From the NCBI GenBank assembly GCA_964574035.1, contig CAZNLD010000004.1, positions 547 through 64,546 of the forward strand: DNA of 64,000 bases, given 5' to 3'. The position numbers were made by a program, and so were the translations under genes. The stretch's first letter is position 1. Each line of letters begins with the position of its first letter. The notes under the pieces are model-generated. The model searched no databases, was not told the DNA's origin, and saw nothing but the letters and a program-made list of their open reading frames with translations. Positions 27,278 to 35,996 of the stretch are shown piece by piece. The stretch is from Candidatus Undinarchaeota archaeon (GTDB taxonomy: Archaea > Undinarchaeota > Undinarchaeia > Undinarchaeales > JALTGF01).

Positions 27278-28183
27278 ATGGTTCTCGAATCCTTAATCTC
27301 GCCTGAAGAAGTTGAAAAACAGCCGTTTGATATGCTGATTCTTGGTTTTGCTGTTTCATCTCTTGCTCTATGGCTTGCATATTATGTTTTTCCAAAAGAA
27401 GCAAGCAACTGGTTTCTCTTTCTGACGGCAATAGCAGTTGAGCCTCTACTTATTAGAATATTCAAGGAAGAAGAGAGCGAAGAAATAAGAATTTCAAAAG
27501 AAAGTTTATGGGCAAGGCACGATGATGTCGTTCTGGACTATCTTTTTCTATTTTTCGGAATGGTAATAGCTTTTTCATTCTGGTTTACCATTCTTCCTTC
27601 GGGCATTGTAAATGTAATGTTTGAGAATCAAATCTCAGAGATAATGAGAATTCAGAATCTCAAATTAGGAATAGCCGGAGGCTTCGTTGGAACGCTGGCT
27701 GCTGTAGCTGAAACCAAGCAAATTGAATTTTCTAATTCAGTTTTAACAAAATGGAGGGTTTTCAAATTTATTCTTGTTAATAATTTAAGACTCATGTTCC
27801 TATTTGTAGCTTTTTCATTCATATTTGGAGCCGGTGCAATACTTCTTTTAACCTGGAATGCCGCAGTTGTAGGCGCTGCTGTAGGCAATATGATAAGAGT
27901 TACAATCATGGATGTAGCCCATCTTTCAACAAAAACAGCAATGTATTTCAAGGCCCTTCCTGTAAGTATTCTTTCTTTCTTCGTGCATGGTATATTTGAA
28001 ATTCTCGGCTACTTCCTGGGCGCAATTGCAGGAGGAATTCTTTCTGTTGCAATTATAAGAAAGCACTATGAAAGTCCTCACTTCAAGAGGCTTTTATTAG
28101 ACGTTGTACTTCTGCTCGCTCTTGCATCTGCACTAATACTTATAGGTACCGGCGTTGAAGTATACATAACTCCAATCATCTAA
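27278..28183 (+). CDS. SpoIIM-like (DUF95) membrane protein
   Basis: ILVNNLRLMFLFVAFSFIFGAGAILLLTWNAAVVGAAVG … HGIFEILGYFLGAIAGG. Confidence 0.6.
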   Translation: MVLESLISPEEVEKQPFDMLILGFAVSSLALWLAYYVFPKEASNWFLFLTAIAVEPLLIRIFKEEESEEIRISKESLWARHDDVVLDYLFLFFGMVIAFSFWFTILPSGIVNVMFENQISEIMRIQNLKLGIAGGFVGTLAAVAETKQIEFSNSVLTKWRVFKFILVNNLRLMFLFVAFSFIFGAGAILLLTWNAAVVGAAVGNMIRVTIMDVAHLSTKTAMYFKALPVSILSFFVHGIFEILGYFLGAIAGGILSVAIIRKHYESPHFKRLLLDVVLLLALASALILIGTGVEVYITPII

Positions 28184-29103
28184 AACATAACAAACTGTAT
28201 TCCTAAGAATACAGAATAGATAATGAGAAAAACAAGGCCTTCTTTTTTTGAAAGTTCCCATCTCGTTTTCATGAACAAGAGTAAAAGCGCAGATAAACCT
28301 ACCATGAAAGGAAGCTGGAAATATACTAAAGACCTGCTTGCACTTATCGGAATAATAAGAGAAGATAATCCAAGAACCATGGCTACATTAAACATACAGC
28401 TCCCAATTATATTACCAAGGGCCATATCTTTAAATCCTTTCTTTGCAGCAGTTAGAGAAACTGAAAGCTCAGGGAGGCTGGTACCAACAGAAATTATTGT
28501 AGCAGCAATAACTTCCTCGCTTATAGAGAGCGCTTCAGCAATAGATACAGCAGAAGTTACCAGAAAGTTGCTCCCCAAAATGACTCCTGCTACCCCTATA
28601 ATGAAGAAAATTAACTCTTTTTTAATATTGTAAACAGCTCTTACTTTGCTAATTCTTTTTTCTCCATACCTAAACAAATCATAGAGGTAAACAAAAATGA
28701 ACAATAAAAGAAAAACCCCTTCCAGAAAGCTGATTCCGTTCAGCATATATATGGAAGAAACCGTAAGAAGTATTAGGAGAATAGTTGCCTCCTCAATATT
28801 CCCTTTATCAACAAGCAGAGGAGCTACAATGACAGAAAGACCTAAAACTAAGCCGATATTTGCTATATTTGAACCTACCACATTTCCAACTGCAATCCCG
28901 CCTGAACCAAAAACAGCTGCTGTAAGAGAAACTGCAAGTTCCGGCAGACTTGTTGAAAAGGCAATCAGCGACAGTCCAATTATTACATTTGAAACTCCAA
29001 AGTAGCTGGCAATTTTACTGGCTTTTTCTGTAGCCCAGTCGGCGCCCTTCAGTAAAATAATCAGCCCTGCTATAAACAATAAGACACTAATTATAAGATT
29101 CAT
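28180..29103 (-). CDS. Ca2+:cation antiporter (CaCA / YrbG-type Na+/Ca2+ exchanger)
   Basis: Two alpha-repeats: …AFSTSLPELAVSLTAA…GNVVGSNIANIGLVLG and …SVGTSLPELSVSLTAA…GNIIGSCMFNV. Confidence 0.85.
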   Translation of the reverse strand: MNLIISVLLFIAGLIILLKGADWATEKASKIASYFGVSNVIIGLSLIAFSTSLPELAVSLTAAVFGSGGIAVGNVVGSNIANIGLVLGLSVIVAPLLVDKGNIEEATILLILLTVSSIYMLNGISFLEGVFLLLFIFVYLYDLFRYGEKRISKVRAVYNIKKELIFFIIGVAGVILGSNFLVTSAVSIAEALSISEEVIAATIISVGTSLPELSVSLTAAKKGFKDMALGNIIGSCMFNVAMVLGLSSLIIPISASRSLVYFQLPFMVGLSALLLLFMKTRWELSKKEGLVFLIIYSVFLGIQFVMF

Positions 29104-31790
29104 TTTTCTTTCAAATGCCTCTTAATTATAATTGTGGCCTGAACAGATACAAATACTGCAACAGTAACACCGATTATTTTAAACCAGTCAAATAAGTTAA
29201 TTGGAGCTGTTTTAAACAGAATTTGAAGCTGAGGTATGTAAAGTATTGAAAGCAGAAATCCTATAGAAGAAATAACTGCGAGTATCAGCCACTTATTTGA
29301 AAATACTCCAATATTATATTTCTCCCTGACCATCTGCAGTCTGACTACTTCTAAAACTACCAGAACTGCCAGAGCAACTGACCTTGCATAAACAATATCT
29401 GCTCCTCCAGTTAAAGAATGATTAAACAGTAAAAGAGTTCCAATGCACATAAGTGCACCAACAAAAATAATGTCAAAAACCATTTCGTTCGTGATGATCC
29501 CTTCCTCCGAATTTCTTGGCTTCCGTTCCATTATATTAGAATCATGTGGGTCGACAGAAAGTGCTACAGCAGGAAGTCCGTCAGTGAGGAGATTAATCCA
29601 CAAAATCTGAACTGCAATTAAGGGCAGTGGGAGCCCGATTAAAGACGCAATAAATATAACTAAAATTTCCCCTGCATTACTGGTTAAAAGATAATTGATG
29701 AATTTTTTTATATTATCAAAAATTCCTCTTCCTTTCTCAACCGCCTTGACAATTGTAGCATAGTTATCATCCTGTAAGACCATATCTGCCGCTTCTTTTG
29801 AAACATCTGTTCCTTTTATTCCCATTGCTACGCCTATATCTGATTTTTTCAAAGCAGGAGCATCATTTACACCATCTCCTGTCATTGCAACAACTTCTCC
29901 TCTCTTTTTCAATGCCTCTAAAATTCGGACTTTATGGGAAGGAGAAACTCTTGCATAAACACTAACATTTTTAACCTCTTTGAAAAGTTCGTCATCGCTC
30001 ATCTTTTCAAGATCTTCTCCGGTAAGAGCATTTGATTTTTTCTTGACGATTCCCACCTTCTTTGCCACTGCTTCAGCAGTAACTTTGTAGTCTCCTGTTA
30101 TCATTACAGACCTTATACCTGCTTTTCTCGCTTTTTCTACTGCTTCCCAGGCTTCCGGTCTGGGAGGGTCAATCATCCCAACTAAACCAAGAAAAGTAAA
30201 ATTCTGCTCAAGAGATTTTTCATTTTTAATATCAAGTCTTTTTGGAACATCTCGATAGGCAGCACCTAAAACTCTGAGGGCGTCTTCTCCCAATTCTTCC
30301 ATCTTATTCAAAAACCGCTCCTTATCCGCCTTTTTTAGCTTTCTCCTTTTTCCGTTTTCATATACATGACTGCAGTTGTCCAGAATAACCTCCGGAGCTC
30401 CCTTCATGTATGCAATCCTGCCCTCATCTGTTTTATGGACAGTAGTCATTTTCTTTCTATTAGACGTGAACTCAACCTCTTCTATTCTTTTAAATTCGGA
30501 TTCAAGTCTGTGATGTTTCAAGCCGAACTTTTCGGCAAGAACTCTTAAAGCTCCTTCTGTAGGATCTCCAATAATAATCCATTCTCCGTTTCTTCTCACA
30601 AGTTCTGAATCGTTGCACAGAGCGGCCGCCTGAACAAAAAGATTTAAGTGTTTTTTCAGAGTTCCTGAAACTTTCGAACCTTCGTATTTAAATTCTCCTT
30701 CGGGAAAATATCCTTCCCCGGAAACTTCTACCGTCTTTTTATCCAGATAGAGTTCTCTTGCAGTCATTTCATTCATAGTTAATGTTCCTGTCTTATCCGA
30801 ACAGATAACACTCGTACTTCCAAGAGTTTCAACGGCAGGCAGTTTTCTGACAAGAGCATTTGACTTAGCCATACTTATTAAACCAAAAGCAAGAGTCACA
30901 GTTACAACAGCGGGGAGGCCTTCCGGTACAGCAGCTACTGCAAGACTGACAGCAACCAAAAACATACTTATAACCCCTTCCCCTCTGAATAAACCGAGAG
31001 CAAAAACAACAATTACAATTCCAATAATAGCAAAGCCGAGTTTTTTCCCTATTAAAGAAAGTCTTTCCTGAAGAGGAGTCATCTTTTCAATTGGCTCCTG
31101 AACAAGCTCTGCAATTTCCCCCATTTCTGTTCCCATACCTGTTTCAGTCACAACTGCCTTTGCTCTTCCCTGAGTTATCGTAGTTCCTGCAAAAACCATG
31201 TTCTTCCGCTCTCCTGGAATTACATCTCTGCCTTTAATTTCAGCTGTGTTTTTAGCTACAGGAATAGATTCTCCAGTAAGGGCAGATTCATCTGCATGAA
31301 GATGGACTGATTCAATGAGCCTTGCATCCGCCGGAGCTTTATCTCCAGTACTTAAAATGATAATGTCTCCGGGTACAAGCTCCTCAGAATTTATAAGCTG
31401 TCTTTCTCCGTTTCTAAGTACTTTCGCATTAGGAGTTGCATATTTCTTCAAAGCTTCCAAGGACTTCTCTGCTTTATACTCCTGGAAAAAACCAAGAACT
31501 GCATTTAAGACAATTATTAACAAAATAACTGCCATATCAATAAAATGCTCGGAGCTTTTGGTAAAAATACCCAGCAAACCGGAGATAACTGCGGCAGCTA
31601 TCAAAATGAAAATTAAAAAACTCTTAAATTGTCTTAAAAATATCTGGACAGGATGAATTTTCTTCCTTTCTTCAAGCCTATTTCTTCCGTATTCTTCCAG
31701 TCTTTTTTCAGCATCCGTACTGGTTAAACCAGACTTCTTTGCATTTAATTCTTTGAGAGTTTCAGATACTGATTTTTGATAGTAGTTCAT
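29100..31790 (-). CDS. P-type ATPase, type II (Ca2+-transporting, SERCA/PMCA-like)
   Basis: TGES, ICSDKTGTLT (phosphorylation site), MITGDYKVTA, MTGDGVNDAPALKKSDIGVAMG, N-terminal Cation_ATPase_N-like LTSTDAEKRLEEYGRNRL. Confidence 0.95.
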   Translation of the reverse strand: MNYYQKSVSETLKELNAKKSGLTSTDAEKRLEEYGRNRLEERKKIHPVQIFLRQFKSFLIFILIAAAVISGLLGIFTKSSEHFIDMAVILLIIVLNAVLGFFQEYKAEKSLEALKKYATPNAKVLRNGERQLINSEELVPGDIIILSTGDKAPADARLIESVHLHADESALTGESIPVAKNTAEIKGRDVIPGERKNMVFAGTTITQGRAKAVVTETGMGTEMGEIAELVQEPIEKMTPLQERLSLIGKKLGFAIIGIVIVVFALGLFRGEGVISMFLVAVSLAVAAVPEGLPAVVTVTLAFGLISMAKSNALVRKLPAVETLGSTSVICSDKTGTLTMNEMTARELYLDKKTVEVSGEGYFPEGEFKYEGSKVSGTLKKHLNLFVQAAALCNDSELVRRNGEWIIIGDPTEGALRVLAEKFGLKHHRLESEFKRIEEVEFTSNRKKMTTVHKTDEGRIAYMKGAPEVILDNCSHVYENGKRRKLKKADKERFLNKMEELGEDALRVLGAAYRDVPKRLDIKNEKSLEQNFTFLGLVGMIDPPRPEAWEAVEKARKAGIRSVMITGDYKVTAEAVAKKVGIVKKKSNALTGEDLEKMSDDELFKEVKNVSVYARVSPSHKVRILEALKKRGEVVAMTGDGVNDAPALKKSDIGVAMGIKGTDVSKEAADMVLQDDNYATIVKAVEKGRGIFDNIKKFINYLLTSNAGEILVIFIASLIGLPLPLIAVQILWINLLTDGLPAVALSVDPHDSNIMERKPRNSEEGIITNEMVFDIIFVGALMCIGTLLLFNHSLTGGADIVYARSVALAVLVVLEVVRLQMVREKYNIGVFSNKWLILAVISSIGFLLSILYIPQLQILFKTAPINLFDWFKIIGVTVAVFVSVQATIIIKRHLKEK

Positions 31791-32950
31791 TTTTTAGTAA
31801 CGAGTGTAAATAGAGGGGGCGTTATTAAAATAGTTAACAACAGCGCAGATATAATTGTTGTATAAATCTGAGAAGTAAAAATACCGTTCTGAGCTGCAAG
31901 ACCAGTAAGAATAATTGCTATTTCTCCTCTGGGAATCATTCCTACCCCTATTTTGAGGCAGTCTCTTGATTTTACTTCAGTAAGAAGCGAACCAATAAAA
32001 GAGCCGATGAACTTTCCGGCTACTGCAACAGCAAAAATAGGTAGTATCCACCAGAGATTATGGTAAATTAAAACAGGGTCAACCAAAGCCCCTATATAGA
32101 CAAAGAAAATTGGAACGAAAAGACCGTAAGTCATGCTGTAAACTTCATGCTCAATCTTTTTCAGATGTCTTTCATCCAGAATTACACCCGCCAGAAATGC
32201 TCCGATAAGCATTGAAAGCCCAAGAGCATCTGAAATATAAGCAAGCGAAAAAATCAAAACCAACACAACTGAGAGAAGTCCTTCTTTCACCCTCAAATTT
32301 AATTTTTCACCGAGGGTTATTATGTATCCTCCTATACGCTGACCAAGGAAAATTATTCCAACAAAGAAAACAAAAATTTTCAGACTTGCAAACAGGAATT
32401 CATTAAAAGTTGAAATTTGAGTTGTTCCAAATCCAAGCAAAAAAGTAATTACAACAATCGTTATTATACTTTCAAGAATAGCTGCATCAATTATAGCTCT
32501 GCCGGCATTTGTATTTGTTAGCTTTCTGTCTTCGATAAGTCTTGCAGTAACGCCTATGCTTGTAGCCATAAGAATTCCTCCCAAAAGAAGAGACTGGATT
32601 GGAGTCCAGTTAAATAAATTAAAAGCAAGCAAAGTTCCTAAGGTGAAAGGAAGCATAACCCCAAGAAAAGCAGTCAAAACATTAGTCATTGCAAATTTTT
32701 CAAATGTTTTAATGTCAAGTTTTAAGCCCACTAAGAATAGTAGAAAAACAAGTCCAATTTCAGCTAGAGTATAAATTACAGGAGAAGAAACATCAAGAAA
32801 GAAAAATTTCCCAAGAAGGATAGGACCAATTATAATTCCTGCAAGTATTTCTCCTAAAACAGTAGACTGTCCGATTTTTTTTGCAAGAGCTCCTCCGAGC
32901 TTTGCCGAAAGAAGTATTGCAACGATTGTCAGGAGCAGTTTCGTAAGCAT
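31787..32950 (-). CDS. Cation:proton antiporter (CPA2, Kef/NapA-like membrane domain)
   Basis: 387 aa, polytopic. …QSTVLGEILAGIIIGPILLG… is typical of CPA2. No RCK domain. Confidence 0.8.
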   Translation of the reverse strand: MLTKLLLTIVAILLSAKLGGALAKKIGQSTVLGEILAGIIIGPILLGKFFFLDVSSPVIYTLAEIGLVFLLFLVGLKLDIKTFEKFAMTNVLTAFLGVMLPFTLGTLLAFNLFNWTPIQSLLLGGILMATSIGVTARLIEDRKLTNTNAGRAIIDAAILESIITIVVITFLLGFGTTQISTFNEFLFASLKIFVFFVGIIFLGQRIGGYIITLGEKLNLRVKEGLLSVVLVLIFSLAYISDALGLSMLIGAFLAGVILDERHLKKIEHEVYSMTYGLFVPIFFVYIGALVDPVLIYHNLWWILPIFAVAVAGKFIGSFIGSLLTEVKSRDCLKIGVGMIPRGEIAIILTGLAAQNGIFTSQIYTTIISALLLTILITPPLFTLVTKK

Positions 32951-32993
32951 AAAAACTCATATTATTTTTAGTTATAAATATTATTCGCCATTG

Positions 32994-33098
32994 AATAGAT
33001 ATTCGATATTAGATAATCGATGTTAGACGTTCGACAATCGACTATAAGTTATTTACTTCAGATCTATTATCGATTGTCTATTGTCGATTATCCATTAA
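32994..33098. repeat. Array of 15 in-phase heptanucleotides with TCGAT/TAGAT units, arranged as an imperfect palindrome
   Basis: aatagat attcgat attagat aatcgat gttagac gttcgac aatcgac tataagt tatttac ttcagat ctattat cgattgt ctattgt cgattat ccattaa. The right arm is roughly the reverse complement of the left arm (gataatcga / tcgattatc). Confidence 0.7.
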
Positions 33099-34609
33099 TG
33101 CCTAAAAACTCTTCTTCCTGTGAATACCATTGCAATCCCGTGTTCATCTGCTGCTTCAATTACTTCTTCATCTCTGATAGAACCGCCGGGCTGAATAACT
33201 GCTTTAATTCCTGCTTTTACTGCTTCGTCTATTCCGTCTCTGAAAGGGAAAAAAGCATCAGACGCCATTACTGATCCTTCGGCTTCCTCTCCCGCCTTTT
33301 GAGCTGAAAATTTAACTGCATCAACCCTGCTGGTCTGCCCTCCGCAGAGACCTGTAGTTCTTTTATCTTTTGCAAAAACAATTGAATTTGAAACAACATA
33401 CTTTACAACATTAAAAGCAAAAAGCATATCTTCTATTTGTTTGTCAGTGGGCTTCTTCTTTGTAACTACTTTTAAATCAGGTTTTTTTACCCTTTTCTTT
33501 TGGAGGGTCTGTAAAACTAAACCGCCCTGCACGCCTCTAAACTTTAGATTTTCTTCAGCTTTTTCAAGAAGCTCCATAATTCTCAAAGTCTTCTTATTTT
33601 TTAAAATGTCAATTGAACCTTTTTCATAATTTTCAGCAATAACAACTTCAACAAAATTTTCAATCATCTTTTCAGCTATCTTATTGTCTAAAGGCCTGTT
33701 AACTCCGATGACTGAACCGTAGGCAGATATTGGATCTGCAGAGAGAGCTCTTTCATAGGCATTAGTAAGATTTTCACCAACTGCAACTCCGCAGGGTTCA
33801 TTATGTTTGATTATAGCAACTGCAGGCTCTTCAAATTCGTTTGCCAAAGTCCAGGCTGACTGCATATCAAGCATATTATTGTAGGAAAGCTCCTTTCCAT
33901 GATGCTGTTTTGCATTTACAATACCTTTATGTCCCTGCCTATACAAAGAAGCTTCCTGATCCGGATTGTCTCCGTACCTCAAATCCTGAACCTTTTCAAA
34001 AGTCATGTTGAATTTTTCAGGAAATTTTTCTTTTATAAATTGATTTCTGAAGTATTCATCAATTAAAACATCATATCTGGCTACATGGTTGAAGGCTTCT
34101 GCTGCAAGTTTTTCTTTTGTATTCTTTGTCAGGTTTCCCTGTTTTAGTTCTTTAATAACCAAATCATATTGTTTTGGACTGGTTAAAATTCCGACATTTT
34201 CATAATTCTTTGCTGCAGCTCTAAGTAAAGTGGGGCCGCCAATATCAATATTTTCAACCATTTCATTTAGTCCGGCGCCTTCCTGCAGTTTCTTTTCAAA
34301 AGGATATAAATTGACTGCAACCAAATCAATCGGCTCTATGTTCTGTTCATCCAGTTGCTTTAGATGATTGTCATTTCTTTTTGCTAAAATACCTGCATGG
34401 ATCTTTGGGTGAAGGGTTTTTACCCTGCCGTCCAGCATTTCAGGAAAGCCGGTTATTTCCTCAACAAGGATTACATCAATTCCTTCTTTTCTTAAAGCCT
34501 TAGCAGTTCCCCCTGTTGAAATAATTTCAAAATCAAGTTTAGCAAGATCCTTAGAAAAATCAACAATGCCGGTTTTGTCCGAAACAGATACTAATGCTCT
34601 CTTTGCCAT
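33095..34609 (-). CDS. purH: Bifunctional AICAR formyltransferase / IMP cyclohydrolase
   Basis: MAKRALVSVSDKTGIVDFSKDL…ISTGGTAKAL (MGS-like IMPCH domain) plus the C-terminal AICARFT domain ending …VFTGRRVFRH. Confidence 0.95.
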   Translation of the reverse strand: MAKRALVSVSDKTGIVDFSKDLAKLDFEIISTGGTAKALRKEGIDVILVEEITGFPEMLDGRVKTLHPKIHAGILAKRNDNHLKQLDEQNIEPIDLVAVNLYPFEKKLQEGAGLNEMVENIDIGGPTLLRAAAKNYENVGILTSPKQYDLVIKELKQGNLTKNTKEKLAAEAFNHVARYDVLIDEYFRNQFIKEKFPEKFNMTFEKVQDLRYGDNPDQEASLYRQGHKGIVNAKQHHGKELSYNNMLDMQSAWTLANEFEEPAVAIIKHNEPCGVAVGENLTNAYERALSADPISAYGSVIGVNRPLDNKIAEKMIENFVEVVIAENYEKGSIDILKNKKTLRIMELLEKAEENLKFRGVQGGLVLQTLQKKRVKKPDLKVVTKKKPTDKQIEDMLFAFNVVKYVVSNSIVFAKDKRTTGLCGGQTSRVDAVKFSAQKAGEEAEGSVMASDAFFPFRDGIDEAVKAGIKAVIQPGGSIRDEEVIEAADEHGIAMVFTGRRVFRH

Positions 34610-34656
34610 TTCCCCGCTGTAATTATGGGCCTTTGTATATAAAGTTTTAATGGAGA

Positions 34657-34941
34657 TTATACCTTTTTGATATACCCGAACTTTAAAAATTCTTGAAAAA
34701 GCTTATCGAACTTACTGCATTTAACCCGTGCCTTTTTTCTTATCTCTTTTGCTTCAGCATTTTCAAGTAAGAAAACTGTTTTTAAAATTTTAAACGAAGC
34801 AGTTTCTCTTTTGCATACCTTCCCAAGATATTTTGCACGAGTATACTTGTCAATTTCATCTCTATCAAGTTTCCATGATTCTATCCATTTCTCGCCGTCT
34901 GAAAATTTAACGCCCCTGTATAACTTATACCTGCTTGCCAC
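34657..34941 (-). CDS. Hypothetical 94-aa basic protein between folD and purH
   Basis: ORF only. Overlaps the folD stop by 17 nt. Confidence 0.4.
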   Translation of the reverse strand: MASRYKLYRGVKFSDGEKWIESWKLDRDEIDKYTRAKYLGKVCKRETASFKILKTVFLLENAEAKEIRKKARVKCSKFDKLFQEFLKFGYIKKV

Positions 34942-35767
34942 TTTCAGCCGCCTCTACTGTATTTTTCATAAGCATTGTGATCGTCATGGGGCCTACTCCT
35001 CCGGGAACAGGAGTTATTTTGGATGCTTTTTTCTTAACTTTCTCAAAATCAACATCTCCGGAAATTGAGCCGTCATCTTTTTTTGTTATTCCGACATCAA
35101 TAACAACAGCGCCTTCTTTTACCATATCATTCTTAATCAGATTTGCTTTTCCGACTGCCGAAATTAAAATATCTGCCTCTTTTGTATATCTGTCAATCGG
35201 CTGGCTGTGTACATGGCATACCGTTACAGTTGCAAATCTGTTTAAAAGCATTAAAGCGGTCGGCTTTCCTACAATATTGCTGTGTCCAATAATTACTGCA
35301 TGTTTTCCTTTAATCTCAACATCCTCCGACTCAAGCATTTCAATTACTGCTTTTGCAGTTGCAGGAGCAAAGATTTCATCTCCGACAGCTACTTTACCTA
35401 AATTTGCTGAAGTTAAACCGTCTACATCTTTTTCAGGAGAAATTGTCTCAAGAACTGCAGACTCATCAATATCTTTTGGGAGAGGAAGCTGAACCATAAT
35501 CCCGTCAACAATTTCATCTTCATTTAATCTTTCAATTAGAGAAATTATTGAATCCTGAACTGAATATTCTGAAAGATCGTGAATTTTGCATTCAATCCCA
35601 GCTTCTTCGCATGCTTCCTTTTTCTTTTCAACATACATTTTAGAAGCAGGGTTTTTTCCAACTAAAATAACTGAAAGATTTGGCTTTTCTTTATGAGCTT
35701 TAAGATCAGATTTGATTTCCTTTCTGATTTTTTCAGCCAGTTTTTTTCCATCAATTATTTTTGCCAT
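34925..35767 (-). CDS. folD: Methylenetetrahydrofolate dehydrogenase / methenyl-THF cyclohydrolase
   Basis: MAKIIDGKKLAEKIRKEI…LSVILVG…PASKMYV…VQLPLP…DVDG…GHSNIVGKP…TPVPGGVGPMT. ATG at 35767; the track ORF carries a 40-aa spurious extension. Confidence 0.9.
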   Translation of the reverse strand: MAKIIDGKKLAEKIRKEIKSDLKAHKEKPNLSVILVGKNPASKMYVEKKKEACEEAGIECKIHDLSEYSVQDSIISLIERLNEDEIVDGIMVQLPLPKDIDESAVLETISPEKDVDGLTSANLGKVAVGDEIFAPATAKAVIEMLESEDVEIKGKHAVIIGHSNIVGKPTALMLLNRFATVTVCHVHSQPIDRYTKEADILISAVGKANLIKNDMVKEGAVVIDVGITKKDDGSISGDVDFEKVKKKASKITPVPGGVGPMTITMLMKNTVEAAESGKQV

Positions 35768-35996
35768 ACTCTTTCTTGGATTAGGAATTATAAAAAACCT
35801 TTTAAAAAACAAACAAGTACTCTGTTTAGGTGATTCATATGAAATATTTAGCAAGAATAAGCAGATTTTTGAAAAAATTAGTTTCAAAAGAGGTCCCTCA
35901 GCCTCCCAGTCCGCCCAACCCGGGGCCGCAGGGAAAACCTAAAGTTAAAAAATAGAAATAAAAACATATTATAATATCTAAAACCTATCTATTTCT

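Noticed and set aside
34925-35887. Long N-terminal extensions in the track ORFs for folD, glyA (to 43220), aIF5A (from 26552), aRF1 (from 23230), L21e (to 6907) and the RAM-domain protein (from 17947).
   Set aside because: The family-conserved N-termini begin at internal ATGs (35767, 43157, 26639, 23251, 6874, 17965). The extensions are hydrophobic or nonsense-like and run into promoter-like AT-rich DNA.
35896-35908. cctcagcctccca, a 13-mer identical to part of the human Alu consensus, raising the possibility of contamination.
   Set aside because: The match is too short, and the flanking bases diverge from Alu immediately. It was noticed post hoc. It is kept only as a check to run (BLASTN) under the GC-island finding.
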